64,000 nt of DNA from Callorhinchus milii. Lineage: Eukaryota. The notes below the pieces were generated by a model. The model had not been told where the DNA came from and did not search any database. It worked only from the letters and a program-made list of their open reading frames with translations. The translations under genes were made by a program, and so were the position numbers. Location: contig NW_024704742.1 in assembly GCF_018977255.1 (NCBI RefSeq), positions 6,512,001 through 6,576,000 on the forward strand, in the 5' to 3' direction. Below, piece by piece: positions 48,439 to 62,480 of the stretch; within the stretch, counting starts at the first letter, position 1, and each line of letters begins with the position of its first letter.

Positions 48439-50979
48439 AACTTTCCGGGGGAGTCACTGGATAGCATTCAGAGGTGAGAATCTCAACTGATTCTTGTCTG
48501 CAATTCCCTACGGGCAGTGAGGCCAGTTGTGGAACCTTTCATTGGCACATTGATAGAGATCAGTCACACATTTGGTGTTATATATCCACCAATTGATTTT
48601 GTTATGGTTCGTGCACTTTAGATTCTTCCAATAATGTCTTGTTGCCAAGCTTCCTCCTCCAGCTGGATAATGATATTTTCTGGGTCACTGACTTCTCAGT
48701 AGCTGTCATCAATCCTTCTCTGTGCTCCATCTCGCAGGCAGGCTTTATGGCTGGTGGATTCTCCTCCCCCAGTGAGAGCTGGCAAGCTTGGATGATAGTA
48801 AAAATTTGCTTTACTTGTCATGTCACACAACAACTGATAATAATATTAATACTCATAATAATACTTATATTTGATACCGTTCCTTTCAAGTCCGGAGGAG
48901 GTCCCAGTGTCACTCGCGGAATATGCAATAATTTTGTGGGTGAACTGGCAGCCAATTTGCAATGGCCCACAAACAGTCATGAAGTGAATGACTAATATTA
49001 AGTGGTTTCTCTAATGTTTGATAATCCATGAATTTTCCCCTTCTGACCCGAGGTGAGCAACTGAAAACAAAGCCTGTGGGAAAACAAGGGAAACTTTGTC
49101 AGTAGGTTAGGAGTTGGGGCAGGCACTCAACCTTTGATGACAGCAAATGAAAAGATTCAATGGCCCAGAAAATATTCTTCAGATGGAGAAGGAAGCATAG
49201 CACCAAGTGGTACTACTGCAAGGAACCAAAATATAAGTAAAGGAAACATGGATCGATAACAACAAATGTGTGCTTGATCTGTATCAGGGTAGCAGTGAGA
49301 TTTAGTCCTCCACGACTAATGAAAGCAAAAATTAACCTGCCTGTTATGATCCATTCTGTTAAACCATAGCTATTTAGGCTTTCGATTTAACTGACAACTC
49401 TTAATTAAATGAGGCACAAACATGTCAGTATCAATAAAGGGAACAGACGTATGTTTACAGAAGTAGGGAATGTTTATAAGACTGGAATGTGACCAGAGAA
49501 TTTGGGAAATGTCATGAAGTGCAAGAGCAATCGTCCTTTAAGTGACTTAAAAATGTCCTATAATTACATTAGATGCTTCTAATGAATCTCTTTTATCTGA
49601 TATTATTCATAACATACACAGGATAATTTTGCTTTACTTTGCTTTAATTTTTTATGCTTACAGCAATGTTCCCAATGACTTCATGAAGCAATGTTAATAA
49701 TAATTATTATTATTCTTACATTGGGCATAGTGCCTTTGAAGTCAGGAGGACTTTCTTGGGAGATAATATCTTGGGAGATGGTATACAGTTTGGGACATGA
49801 CATGTGCAAGCGACTGCCAGGATGGTGGAAGACGAATTGGATGAACCTTGGTCTTCTTTCGTCGAGCAATTCATATGCTTTTATGACATTTCAAAACATT
49901 TCACATGATTAGTGGAAAGGTATGTGTGTGCAAATTGAATGAGGATAGGATGGGGGATTCTCTTTATTGGGATTACAGTGCTCTGCAATGCTAATCTGCA
50001 TGGATTGAATTTCAGTGGTACTTCACTGTGATCTCTGGGTTCTTCACTGTTCTAATCACCATCTGCCTCCCAAAGATTGATGCTTCTAGGGTGGCCACCC
50101 AGAGGGAAAGCCGGTATTCTGGACATCAGCATCCATTAATAATAATTAAATAGTAATAGTTATAACACTTGCATCTGATAAAGCATCATGTTACCCCGAC
50201 GTGAAAGCCTCTAAACGTAGTATGCGGACATATGTAGTTTGTTGTTGTTATCACGTCGTCAAAGAATTTTGCAGGATATACTGTAAAGTGATGTGTATTC
50301 TGTGGGCGAGTCTTGATCAGTCAGCAGATGGGGGACTACGTTCGAGCTCATTCCACAAGTCTTACACATCGCACGGCATGGAATCAAGAGAGGAATGATG
50401 ATATATCAATTTCCAGCCAGATGATTCCAAATGTGTTGAGGAAAAGTCTGAAGTGACTCCTCAGATCCCAGCACTTGGTTTAATACATCCAGGACAACAG
50501 CCAACATATGAACAAACAGTAGCTGAGCAGGTGTTCTTTCTACATTGCGAGAAGAGTTTTTTTCTGATTTCTTAAGGACTATTTTCGCAGTGCGTATTTT
50601 ATCTTTTTTTTCTTTACTACTTAAGGTTTTTTGTTAAGTTGTTGCATTGTCAGTTTGCACACTGATGAAAAGACGAGAGGTTTTTTTATGCTTTTTATCG
50701 CTTGTACGGCTGAGATTCCAAACGTCTCCAGGCAATGGACATGTCAACAACTGGAATCCCTGTGGGATTTCCTATTGGAACAAGTCCACTACAGAACAGA
50801 AGAGATTAGATGCTAGTAGCATGTGTAGCTGGGGCTCAACAAGACAGTTATTTATGGAAATTTGAGGGAAAAAATTCTACACTTCGTGGAATGTACTTGT
50901 TTGATCTCTCTAAGATGTGTTTCGAGAAGGTTAGCACCAAATGTAACAGCCGTAAAGAGTCCTTGCCTAAATGCAAATA

Positions 50980-51330
50980 AAATAATAATAATAATTCTTG
51001 CATTTGACATAGCATCTTATTACGTTGTCAAGACGACTCAAAGCATTTCACAGGATATACAGAAAAGTGGATTGACTCTGTATTTTGTGGGTGAAATGCA
51101 GCAGCCATTTTGCGCACAGCAATGTCCCACAAACAACTGTGGAGTGAGTGATTCATTTTATTTGTGGGATTTGTTGGCCTCCCTTCTCTTTTTGAATAGT
51201 GCGCCGGGACTTTAACCTGAACAGGCAAACGGGACATCGGTTTAACCGGTTTAACGTCTCATCTGAAGGACAGCGTTGTGGGGCTTGAACTCACAACCTG
51301 CTGACTCAAAGGTGAGAGTGCTACCACTGC
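50980..51330 (-). mobile_element. Old DeuSINE family, internally deleted
   Basis: Tail, Deu domain, GAACAGGCAAACGGGAC body, GGGCTTGAACTCACAACC head. Confidence 0.82.
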
Positions 51331-51993
51331 ACCACACGGAATTTACGGAATTCACAGAGCAAAGGTATGCGGCCATAAATAAACAGTTAAACAAGCTGTA
51401 ATTAGAAAAGACTTACTACATTTCTCATCAAAAAAGACACACTGCGTAACTTAATTTCTACCATTAACGTCTCTGCTATTCCAGCAAAATTTTGGGCCCC
51501 TATAAAGTGAGCTTTATGGACAATATTTTTTCAACCAAAACCACTGTACGATGAACAGGGATTCTCTCTCTGTGTATATAAAGAGAGATACAGCATGTCT
51601 TGCAGTAGAAATCTGTTTGGTCTTGGGATGGCACTGCTGTAAGAGAAATATCCTTTAAATGTCCACAAATATTGCTTTTCATTTCCCATCAGTTTCGGAT
51701 ATATTATGGTGGATCAGAGAGTTTAAATGAAATGGACAAGATGGAAATATTAGCATTTGACCTGAACATTCAGATGAGGACAATAGAATACAGTATTTAC
51801 TGAGAAAAAAGTAATGTAAAAAAAACTAATATAAACTTGATTCTATGGGAATCTAATATGGTGCTCTGTTAACACTGGCAAATGTTTTGTCCAATATTAC
51901 AAGTGTAGAACAAATAGTTTACTAGTGTTAGCAGACAGTATTTGTTTGACCTCCTATGTGTGCATTTTTCATCATATATGTGTGTGATACTTA

Positions 51994-52400
51994 ACCTGGC
52001 TCAGTTGGTAAATTGCTTGGCTCTAAATCAGAAGATTTATGTGTTGAAATCCCATGAAAGGACTTTGAACTAACAATCTAGGTTGAAACTTTAAAGCATT
52101 CACGGGGGTTGAGTCAATAAACCGAAGACCCTTTCTACTTGTTCAGATGGACCTTTAAGATCCCATGGCGCTATTTGAAAAGTGAAGGAAGTTTCTCCCA
52201 GTGTCTGGCCAACAATTACCCCCACAAAAAATTGGTTGCTCACTTCATAACTGCTTATAGAATGCTGGTATTCACAAATTGGCTGCTGCATTTGCCTAGA
52301 AAATACAGTCACTACACTTTACAGTAAATCCTGGGAAGTGTTTTGATATGTCCTCTCAATGTAGAGGGTGCTACATCAAACATAAGGATTATTTATTATT
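51994..52400 (+). mobile_element. Old DeuSINE family, full length
   Basis: AACCTGGCTCAGTTGGTA head; AAGATCCCATGGCGCTATTTG body; AAATTGGCTGCTGC Deu domain; tail. Confidence 0.85.
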
Positions 52401-52717
52401 TTGTCCCTTGTGATAGCTAATATGGATCTTGGCTTGGCCACCGTATCAGATTGAACATCCTACATCCTAAAAGCTGTGAAACAAAATAATCCCAATCTGC
52501 CCCTTTGCTATGATTTTAAATTGATGCTCTCTTGTCAGTGACTCACCAGCCACCGGAATTAACCTTTTCACGATCAGCTGTACCAAATACCCTCATCATT
52601 TTAAAGAAAAAAGCAGATCTGATCAGACCCTCAACCTTTTCTTCTCTAATGCAAATAGACCCAATTCCTATCGTCTTCCCCTGGTATCATCAACCACCAG
52701 CCAAACCACCAACCAGA

Positions 52718-53035
52718 AGCAGCCAAATTGCACGCGGAAAAAATCCCACAAATAGCCATGAAGTGAATGACAAACTTTATTTGGTGGATTGTTGGCCAGA
52801 ATATTAGGAGCAATTCCCTTTTGTTTTAGAATAATGCCATGGGATCTTTAACATGAACAGGCAGACAAGACAGAGCCTCCCTCAGTTTAAGAACTCACCC
52901 AAAGGATAGCATCGCCAACAATGTAGTACTCCCCCAATACAGAATCGGAGTGTCATCTTGGACTATGAGTTCCAAATCTCAATGTGGGGCTTGAACTGAA
53001 AACCTTCTGCCTCAGAGACAGAAAGTGCTACTAGC
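52718..53035 (-). mobile_element. Old DeuSINE family
   Basis: GCAGCCAAATTGCAC, GCCATGGGATCTTTAAC, GGGGCTTGAAC. Confidence 0.8.
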
Positions 53036-53939
53036 TACGTCATATATGATACATGCACACATCTGCTAACACTTGTATTATAGAACAAAACATTCCCAAG
53101 GATTAACAAAAGACTATATTGGATTCCAACTCAGAAATGAGAGATATATCTGAGCCAAGCTGGCACACAATAGATATCCAAAGTGGAATAATTTGCTAGG
53201 TTTTGGGGAAAAGGCAAGTGGACAGACTGAATGGTTTGCTCTTTTAAATTGCCAACACAGACGTGATTGGCCAAATTGTCTTCTGATTTGCAAACTTCTA
53301 TGAAATTCTATGAGTTCACAAACCAATATCATGTCCTTCCCAGGAACTTGCACTGTCCTTCAATTTTACACATTGTTCAAAAAATATTTTTTATTACTCT
53401 ATCATTGTGGGCAGAGGGTATTTTGTATGAAGAAATTACTAGTTCATACATTTTACAATTGGAATCCTCCAAATCTAAATTCCCCGCTCCCCCACCTCAC
53501 AAATCCCACAGCCACCACATAGAGGGAAGAAGATCCCTAATCCTCCCTCTCTGCATATTTTGAATTAACTATTCGCATGTTCTATGCATAGTGTTGGTCC
53601 ACTAATTGAGTTGGGATTACAACCATATGAGTTTCTAACCATCTGCAAACCTCAGCCACAAATTGTGACTGTGTCTTTGTGTGTTACAACATACATTTTT
53701 GCCCCTACCCTGTTGCTCAAAATCAAACACAAAATAATTGTGTACAGAATGCACATTCACAGCTCTGTACTCCACTTGTCTAATTCGAACACTTCACCGT
53801 CAAACAAGCATTTCTTCCCACGTTAATTGAACCCAAAGCCATAACCAGAACATGTAGGTTTACGGGATTGCATGTTTCCTGTCGGTTCCTACTTTAGTTG
53901 TTGTGTCCTCGCACCCCCCCCAATAAGTCCGCAAAATAT

Positions 53940-54056
53940 GTTGCCCACAAAATATACAATCAAGTCACTTTACAGTATATCCTGTGAAGCACTTTGAGAT
54001 GTCTCAAAGTCGTGATAAGGCGATATATCAAATGCAAGGATTATCATTATTATTAT
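53940..54056 (+). mobile_element. Young SINE, 3' fragment
   Basis: GCCCACAAAATATAC...AAATGCAAGGATTATCATTATT. Confidence 0.88.
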
Positions 54057-54876
54057 ATATGATGGGGTTCAGATCTAGAGTGTCTGTGGAAATTTAGCAG
54101 AGCTGTTTGGTTGCCAGATGCGACAGCTGGAGCCAGATCACGGAAGGAAATACAGGCCACATGTTACGAGTGCTGATGAGGAGGAAAGAGGTGCTGAGGA
54201 CTTTTACTGAATTAGATATGACAAAGCTTCAGTTATTTCTTCCCCATTAGAATTTGATTCTTGTCAAAAGCTTGAACCACAAGACAGTTTGGAGCAGAAA
54301 GATTTGCCTGTCCAAGTGGGATTCTACACCCAGTCCTCATGCCAACGAACAGTGCAATCTAAGACCCCTGCAGCAAAACACATGGATTGATTCAAGATGG
54401 GCCACATTGCTTGATAAAAGAGAAGAAAACATGAGAAAATCCACTAACGCTTAATTCAACACCACTCTCTCAGCTGCCACTAATTATAGCTGCACAAGTA
54501 TATAGTGCGGTCACATTAATATTCTGTGTTTGAATATCTCGATTGTCTCCTTTATAAGACACAGCACAGCGAATTCCCCAACCAAATGGAGTGCCCCATG
54601 CTGTAGTACTTCAATGTGAGGGAAATGCTCTCTTCTTACAAGGAATGCTCTCTTCTGTTGCAGCATTTCTCCACCATCTGAAAGCAAACTGTAAAATGAA
54701 CGTTCAGGAGTCCTGTACAATCCTGCAACACTCCACGATCAAAATACGGATCATAGAGACTACACCTCTGTAAAGGTAAGTCCGTATTTGGTTGGTTTGC
54801 ACATTGTGCAGGATATTCAGGGTAGAAATTTCACTTCAGTCTACATTTGAAGCTGGTTTTCTGTACAGTACAATAA

Positions 54877-54958
54877 CCTCCCCTCTCCCCCTCTCCTCCT
54901 CCAACCCCCCTCCTTCCCCTCATCCCCTCCAACCCCCTTCCCCTCCACTCTCTCCCCC
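54877..54958. repeat. Polypyrimidine C-run low-complexity tract
   Basis: About 80 nt almost entirely C/T with many C3-C6 runs (G4/H-DNA potential). Confidence 0.8.
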
Positions 54959-55979
54959 GACTGTGTGCAGTATCGGTCTGGCTATGGTAACTTGAGGTCT
55001 TGCCCATTACACCATTTAAGTACCACAGAAAAACCGCTTCATAGTTAAGCCTGAATTAAACAATTTGCTAACTTTTGGACGCTCTGAAGTGCTAAAAAAG
55101 GATATAATAAATGTATTATTGTGATTATCGTGTTGTTGCAGTTTAAATCACTCTGTAGAGGTAATTTCTAAGTGGTTTTCAACCAGATCAATAACACTGC
55201 CACATTTCACAGTGCTCTGGGACACTACCCTGTGTGAGGGGCACTATATAAATGCAAGTTGATGTTGTTCTACATATGAAGGGATGTCATCTTTCTTAAT
55301 AAGTTCGAGCTTCCTAAAATAGCTACATTATGCAGGAGGTTGATATTTTGATTACCAGGTATTTTTCAAGCCATTTCTGAATAGTCTTATCTATTACTAC
55401 GCATGATCATGAAATTAAGATCGTAAAGAAAAAAATTGGTGCAAAACCCCAAATATGTCATCAAGCACCAGAAACAGTAGACCTTATGTTGTCATCATAT
55501 CCAGCCCTCGCATAATCAATGGATCTGATTCCACATGACAATGCAGCCAAATATATACTCACTGGGCAATTTGTAAACACTCTGTTCTTGATGTAAAGAC
55601 TAACTGGTATGAGCATCAACCAGCAAAAGTAACATACCATCGAAAAATAACATCACAATAATCTGGAACTCACAAGCGCAAACAGATAGGAAGGTAATCT
55701 GTAACAAACCGGGTATTATTATAAAGAACCAAAATAGATTGTACGTGTAGCATTATCGACATGTCTATCCTAAGTGATACAACGTAAGAAATAAAGAAGC
55801 AGAGAGGATCAGGAAATATATCAACCTACAAATTGTAAACGGATTTAGGTGGCAGTATAAAACAAACATAGTTCCTATGAACATCAGTGCAAATGAGACT
55901 GTGAAATGATAATAATTTATTATTGCAATAAATAATTGAATGAGGAAATCTCAAAGTGCTTCTCAGGATATACGGTACC

Positions 55980-56210
55980 ATAAAAGCATAAAAAGCCTAC
56001 AGCACAGAAAACGTCCATTCACCCCATTTATGCTGGCTTTTTAGAGCAATCCTTTCAGTCCTATTTGCCTGCTCTTTTCCTATACCACTGTAATCTATTC
56101 TTTGTTAGAGTTCCTAGTTCCCTTTTGAAATCTAATGTGGAATCTGCTTCAACCATTGCTCCCAGCAGGACTTTCCATATCCTAACTATCTCTGACTATA
56201 TAAAAAAATC
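55980..56210 (-). mobile_element. CR1 LINE 3' end
   Basis: (CATAAAAG)2 terminal repeat, TACAGCACAGAAA; collinear with 32912-33145. Confidence 0.75.
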
Positions 56211-56769
56211 ATAACCTCCCTATTTGTTTGTTTGCTAAGGATGGCCTCAGGAAGTTGAAGACAAATTTGCCAGGTATAGAAATTCCCTGAACTGGCCATT
56301 GGATTAGGGCTAGGGGTCTGTATATCATCTCTACTAGACGAAGGGAACAAGGTGGTCTGAGGGAGGCGGAATGGGGAAGGGTTTCTTCCAGGTATGAACT
56401 GAATAACTCTCTGGGCATTTTTTTTCAAATCTTTCCTGTTTAGTGGTATCTATGTACATAAAGGTCAATGTGACTTCAGATCTACAGCACAAATTGGGAC
56501 ATTGTTGTGTGCAAATGGGGTGCTGTTTGCACTTGCAAACATACAGCGATTGTAATTTACAGTACATCATCTGAAGAACTTGGATGTAAAAGGTGCCATA
56601 CAAAATGCAAGTATTATTAATATTTTTATAATTCTATTTGTTCCACAGGTCATCTGTCCCCTCATGGACAATAACCCAACAATGCGACAATCCTCCAAGA
56701 GTCTTTGTTTCTTTATTTCATTTTATACCGCACTCGTTGCTCACAATTCAAATGTAATGGTTTGATTAT

Positions 56770-57290
56770 GTCAATGTTGGCCATGTCTTCAAGAAGTGTA
56801 GAAAACATGTATGGATCATGTGTCCTCTCTATACTTTTTCTCTCTGATGATAAACTCATTTTATGAGTTTCTCTTCATACTCTAACATAATTTCCTATAA
56901 TCATCTTCCTTACTCTTTATACTCAGTTACATTTTCCTGCCTGAAGGTTAAACAGCCATACTATTCTAAATGGAGTCTTACTGAAGGTTTATAAGTGATT
57001 ATAAAGACTTGTTTCGGCTTTATCAAATAACCTCAGATGTGGTACACCACCTGGTTAAACTTTTTTGATCATAGTTTCCCATGGACAGAATGCTTTCATT
57101 TACTGACTGATAATGACACTCAAATCTTTTCCTTCTTCCGCCTTTACTAATGCATATTCATGCATGGTGTGCACCTGTGTTTCTGTTTTCCTTGCGAGTT
57201 TGCATGACAAATCTACCCACATTTAAACCAGTTCACCATTCCTTGACCCATCTGCTTAATTTGTCCAGATGCCTCTGAACCCCATCTGCC
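56770..57290 (-). mobile_element. CR1 LINE RT C-terminal fragment, heavily decayed
   Basis: AAACAGCCATACTATTCTAAATGGAGTCT reads on the minus strand as RLHLE*YGC (RPHLEYC-like). Confidence 0.55.
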
Positions 57291-57959
57291 TCCCTATCGC
57301 ACGTTAGCTGGCACATAGGTTGTACTGGCAGCAAATTCTCTGCTAATGCTGGAGAATAATGGGAAGCATTGACTTTGGGATGCAGCTTGGCTCAGTTTGA
57401 TTCAGTATACATGGCAAGGATAATAAACAATTTCAAACACCGAGCCCGCAATCCATTTTAGCTTAATACTTCAGTACAGTGGTGCCCAACATGTGGTACA
57501 CAGCCTTTGTGCAGCCCTTTGATCATCCGTAACTACCCTAAGTGAACTGTAAGCCTCAGATTTGGATCTTGTCAATCACTGCACTTCTCCAGTGTTTGAA
57601 TAGCTTTTGCCTGGTGGTACGAGTGAGCTGGCTGCTAAGACACCTTTTCATCTTTCCACTGGAACTAGTAATAATAGTACTGCACAATACTAGTACAATA
57701 GTACTGCGTAGCACTGCTTCAGTGTGCTTCCTAAATCATCATTTACTTCTTTAACGTAGTTAGGGTCCAAGTGAGCTGTGCGAAGTACTTTGAGACGTCC
57801 TCCCAATGTAAAAGACACTATATAAATGAAAATTGTTGTAGGATTTAAATGTGTTCATATTGCAATTACAAATAATAATGAGTGGGAAGTTGCCTGCTCA
57901 GGGCAGGTGATTAGAAGGCAGATTCTCTCTCCCTCTTGTTACATCTTTTTATGCTGTCC

Positions 57960-58072
57960 CCTGTCTCACACCTTTTACACATTCGCTATCTCTCTCACAC
58001 ACTCACTTTCTCACACCTTTACACACCTCCCTCTCATTCACCTTCTCACACCTTTCATACCTTCCTCTCTCT
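57960..58072. repeat. CA/CT-rich degenerate tandem repeat (TCTCACACCTTT x3)
   Basis: Read directly. Confidence 0.7.
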
Positions 58073-59036
58073 CAGGATAGATGCCATAACTTTTTGGTAA
58101 ACCCTGCATTTTGGCTTCTATTGGGGCACGTGAACGCTGGTGTGCAATGGTATATGCTGGCTTGCACTGTAAGCGATTCAGAATGGTTTTAGCTTTGTAC
58201 ATTGAACCTGCACTACATCATTGCTTCTGCTTCTTGTTCCTATCAAACTGGGCGGTGGAGATTTGTGAGTGAACAAGGACTGAGTATGCAGTAAACTCTA
58301 GATGAAAGTTATCTAATGTAGATGTGAAACATGATAGTGCCTCATTGATAGATAATGTGCTCTCAATGCAAACTAACTGATAGTCTGGGACAGGAAGCTT
58401 CAGCAATCGTAAAGATCAGAAAAACACATACTGTATTAAGCTAAGGAGGGATTACAATGATGGTGGATTATGATGTATTAGGACGTAACATTGGAAGTGT
58501 GAAATAGCAGACAATCTGACCTTGAGTAACTGGGAATCCAAACCAGAAGCTATCTGTCAGGTACAAAAACCAGTGCAATATGCAGATGGTAAAGAAATGT
58601 TTGGTTCAATTCCAAGATGTTCATAAATCTGAGATTTGGTGCAGTGCAGCAACGAAGAGCTTCCTATGAATGAGTTTGTATTTTTTTTCTATGAATTGGT
58701 TTCAGAATCAGTGGGTCAAAGTTACAGCATTCATGCAATTGAACTAAAGATTGGATCCTTCCGACCAATGACCCGTGAATGAATTGTCACTGTCTGATCA
58801 TCAGCAAAGAAATGAGTGTCAAATCTGCATGTTTGAATTGATTTAATTGCTTTCCATTTGCCAGTAATTAGTTCAGCTGATCTTACTTGACAGGACATGT
58901 GTATGGTTAGCCCAGTTTGCTAAAAGCAATCCAAAATGGAATGTTGTTTCTTTGGGAATTTATTGAATACTTGTCTTGAAGAAAACCCTTTTTTAAAATA
59001 CCTCCTTAATTTTCCACAGAGGCTCACACCTCCCCT

Positions 59037-59282
59037 ATAATAATAATAATCCTTGCATTTGACATAGCATCTTATCACATCTTCGAGACGTCTCAAAGTA
59101 CTTCACAGAATATACTGTAAAGTGAATTGACTGTATAGTCGTGGGCGAAACACAGCAGCCAATTGCACAGAGCGGTGTCCCACAAACAGTCGTGGATTGA
59201 ATTTGCCCAACATTTCACCCTGCTGGGAATCGAACCCAGGTCTCCCGCTTGCGTGGCGAGTGCTCTAACCACTGAGCTACAG
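59037..59282 (-). mobile_element. Young SINE with the central domain deleted (head fused to Deu domain)
   Basis: CGTGGATTGAA joins directly to TTTGCCCAACATTTCACCC. Confidence 0.9.
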
Positions 59283-59587
59283 TATTTGCCCACGAAGCAT
59301 TCATAATTTAAAAGGTATACCAATAATGTAATAATATTCCTCACATTTGATATAGTGCCTTTCACAATTGTGAAGATGCTTCAAAAGATTTATTGTAAAG
59401 TATAGTGACTGTATTTTGCAGATGGTTTAACATTTCATCCGTAGGATGACACCTCTACCTATGCAGCACATCCCCCAGCAATATATTGGATGTCAGCCAA
59501 ACACTTCAGAATAAATTAATACAAACAATGCATCTCAAATGATACAGATCTGCTGATGTCCCTCATACATTGTGTGGTGCAGCAGTT

Positions 59588-59752
59588 TAATAATAATAAT
59601 AATCCTTGCATTTGATATAGCGCCTTTCACATCTTCTCGACGTCTCAAAGCGCTTCACAGAATATGCTGTAAAGTGAATTGACTGTATATTTGTGGATAA
59701 AATATGGCAGTCAATTGCGCATAGCAGTGTCCCACAAACAGTCGTGGATTTG
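59588..59752 (-). mobile_element. Young SINE, 3' half
   Basis: Reverse tail and Deu domain. Confidence 0.9.
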
Positions 59753-60061
59753 AGATGAGATGGGAAGCAACATCCTTTGTGACTGATATGTCTATTTATA
59801 TCATCCCCAGCACAGGTGCCCAGCCAGCAGTGTGAAGTAGTTTGGGAAGTCCTCCTAAAGTCCTTATATGGCACCATATAAATGTAAATATATATTGTAG
59901 TACACAGAGCATAACTGTGCTTCAAAATGTCCCATGATGAGCCATGGAGTAAGTGACCAGTTTCTTCAAACAATGGGTCTTCTCAAAGCTCAGCAGCCAG
60001 GACTTTTTGTGAAATGTGTAAGTGATTCAAATGTTATGGTCTCAGAAAAATACTATTAAAA

Positions 60062-60240
60062 CTTTTAGAGAATAGAGGCATTTAATAGGAAGCTAGATGT
60101 ACACATGAGGGAGAAATGGAATAGAAGGACGTGGGAAGGAGTAAGGAATGAGTGGAGACCTGTGTGGAGTATAAACACTGGTACACGGTAGTTGGGCCAA
60201 AAGACCAGTTTGTGTTGGACAATCAGGAAAAATCTATGTA
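60062..60240 (+). mobile_element. CR1 LINE 3' end
   Basis: GCATTTAATAGGAAGCTAGATGTACACATG (AF.RKLD..M) and TTGGGCCAAAAGACC 3'-UTR motif. Confidence 0.7.
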
Positions 60241-60344
60241 AAACCCTCCTCAAAGGTTTAAGGGAGAGTTGGGGATTGAACAAAATAACAAGGTTCCACA
60301 CAGGCTCCATGCATTGCCATGAACAACTGGGGAGGTTGATACGA

Positions 60345-60960
60345 TTAGCGTCTGAGGTGAGGAGGTTTGACAGGAAGCAAAGAAAGCTTCAGTTTTGTCT
60401 ACGTTGAATTGGCGAAAGTTAAGGCTCATCTGGGACCTGACGCCTGACAGACAGACTGTCCGAACAGGTATGGTCCTGGAGTCAAGGGTGGAGATAGAAA
60501 TGTAAAGTGGAAGTGGACCCTATCCCTGTCTCTATTCTTTTGCCTCACCCCTCTTTATCTATCGATAAAATAGGGCATTCACTCCATGGCACTTTATGGG
60601 ACATTGCTGTGTTCATATTGGTTGCCGCATTCACCCACAAAATACACAATCACCACACTGTCTGCAGTGCTTTGAGACATCACAACATTGTGATAATGCA
60701 TTATCAATGGATCACCTCTACAGTCACCTCACCTTTTCCTTGGTCAGTTTCCAACCCTGACACTGGCCTGTGTGAAGGATACTATATAGATGCAGGTTGT
60801 TATGGATGGTGTCACCAATGGAGTCTAGAGATGAGAAAAGGAGAGGGAAAGAATAGAGAGCCCTGAGGAACATTGGAGGTGATCATGCAGTGTCAAGAGG
60901 TAAACTAGAAATCCAAACCTGCGAGCCCGTCTTCTCCAACTTCACCATTGAGAATAGTGT
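60345..60960 (-). mobile_element. L2 RT fragments (60345-60505 and 60805-60960) split by plus-strand SINE/L2 tails
   Basis: Minus strand CAGATGAGCCTTAACTTTCGCCAATTCAAC (MS.NF.Q.N) and GTTCCTCAGGGCTCT (VPQGS). Confidence 0.65.
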
Positions 60961-61325
60961 CAGGGTACCTGCCTCTGACCCATTTGATGTGATCAATATT
61001 ACTTGTATCACAACGTTGACCCCAAGGTCTGGAATCGTTTGCTAAAACCTGATGTACATATGACTCGTTTCATGAATAATAAGGGACTTAAATACAGTTT
61101 ATGCTTTTAATGGGATCTAGCTCCTTATAATAGGCTAAAACCTTTTTATTTGACTCGTGGTAGTAATCATTTACTGCTGCAATTAGCTCACTTTAGGATG
61201 TGTGCAGTGTAATATTAACAGTAACAATAGCAGCATGCCCTCAACTCTTGGATTAAATACTCTGCCAAAGGGGAAATTGATGACTTCTGTTCCATATCAT
61301 ACTGAAAGATTTGTAGTAATATAGT

Positions 61326-61531
61326 ATAATAATAATCCTTGCATTTGATATAGCACCTTATCACATCGTTGAGACATCTCAAAGCGCTTCACAGAATATA
61401 CTGTAAAGTGAATTGAGTGTATATTTTGTGGGCGAAACACGGCAGCCAAACAGTCGTGGATTGAGTGACCAAATTATTATTTATTTTTGAAGAGATTATT
61501 GCCCCAGAAAAGCGATCCACCAATTGACTAG
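61326..61531 (-). mobile_element. Young SINE, long form, cut off at 61531
   Basis: Reverse tail and Deu domain; stops inside the long-form segment. Confidence 0.88.
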
Positions 61532-61533
61532 TA

Positions 61534-61620
61534 CAGTAAATCCCAGGTTTACCAGATTCCAGGTATTCGGAATTCGGACCAAGCCGGACAGGGTCCGACA
61601 CCAAAAAAATATTTTAAAAA
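61534..61620. mobile_element. Possible Tigger/pogo-type DNA transposon end
   Basis: TA followed by CAGTAAATCCC...ATTCGGAATTCGG, CpG-rich, starting where the SINE breaks; no partner TIR found. Confidence 0.35.
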
Positions 61621-61883
61621 CATTTCTACATTGCCACTTGTGTTTAGACTCGCACCGGCCCACCTCTCCTATTGCACTGAGCAGCCTTATCCTCCTTCTG
61701 CCCTTCACAGTGGCCAAGGTTTTCCGCTTTGACTCAGCGTGTGAATCCCGTGGTTCCAGCATTGTAATTACACTTAGCCAGAAATTCCAGCTCACTGGAC
61801 TGGACCTCTTCCCTTGCCATCGGTCTGGCTAGTTACCGTTTTAGCGTGTTCTAGGTTACACAATAATTGAACGGAAACAGACA

Positions 61884-62265
61884 TCAGCTTGGCTCAATTG
61901 GTGCACTCTCTCCTCCGAGTCAGAAAATTGTGCGCTCAAGCCCCACGACGGGATTTTTAGCGGGACTAGGCTGCCACTTCAGTGCAGTTCTGAGGGAGCA
62001 CTGCATTGTTGGAGGCGCCATCCTTTGGATGAAATAAAGTCTCATCTGCCTCTTCGGGTGGACGTTACAGATCCCATGGCACTATTTGGAAAGCGGAGGG
62101 AGCTTCTCCTGGTGTGGGGGCCAACAATCTGCCAAACAACATTGATTATTCACAGGGCTGCTGTGGAGCATTGCTGTCTGCCAATTATCTGCAGTCTTTG
62201 CCTACAACATACACAGTTATCATACTGTAAGTTAAACCCATGAAGCACTTGTGAAACGTTGGTAA
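61884..62265 (+). mobile_element. Old DeuSINE family, best-preserved copy
   Basis: TTGGCTCAATTGGTGCACTCTC..GAGTCAGAA head; CAGTGCAGTTCTGAGGGAGCACTGCATTG; GTGGACGTTACAGATCCCATGGCACTATT. Confidence 0.88.
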
Positions 62266-62269
62266 GGTG

Positions 62270-62480
62270 AACTAGCAGTCAATTTGCACACAGTACTGTG
62301 CCACAAAACAGCCANTTTTTTTCCTGTTAGCATTATTGGCCAAATCACCCTTCTCAAATAGTGCCAAAGGATCTTTAACATTCATTTTAACAGACAGACA
62401 GGGCTTTGGTTTAATGTCTCATCCAAAAGACAGGACCTCTAACAAATCAGCACTTGCTTAGCACTGTCGGAATTGTCGGC
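62270..62480 (-). mobile_element. Old DeuSINE fragment
   Basis: AATAGTGCCAAAGGATCTTTAAC; GGTTTAATGTCTCATCC; contains one N at 62315. Confidence 0.7.

Noticed and set aside
54664..54775. Plus-strand exon with a perfect AAG|GTAAGT donor
   Set aside because: Stops in all three frames, so not coding; a UTR or lncRNA exon cannot be supported without transcripts
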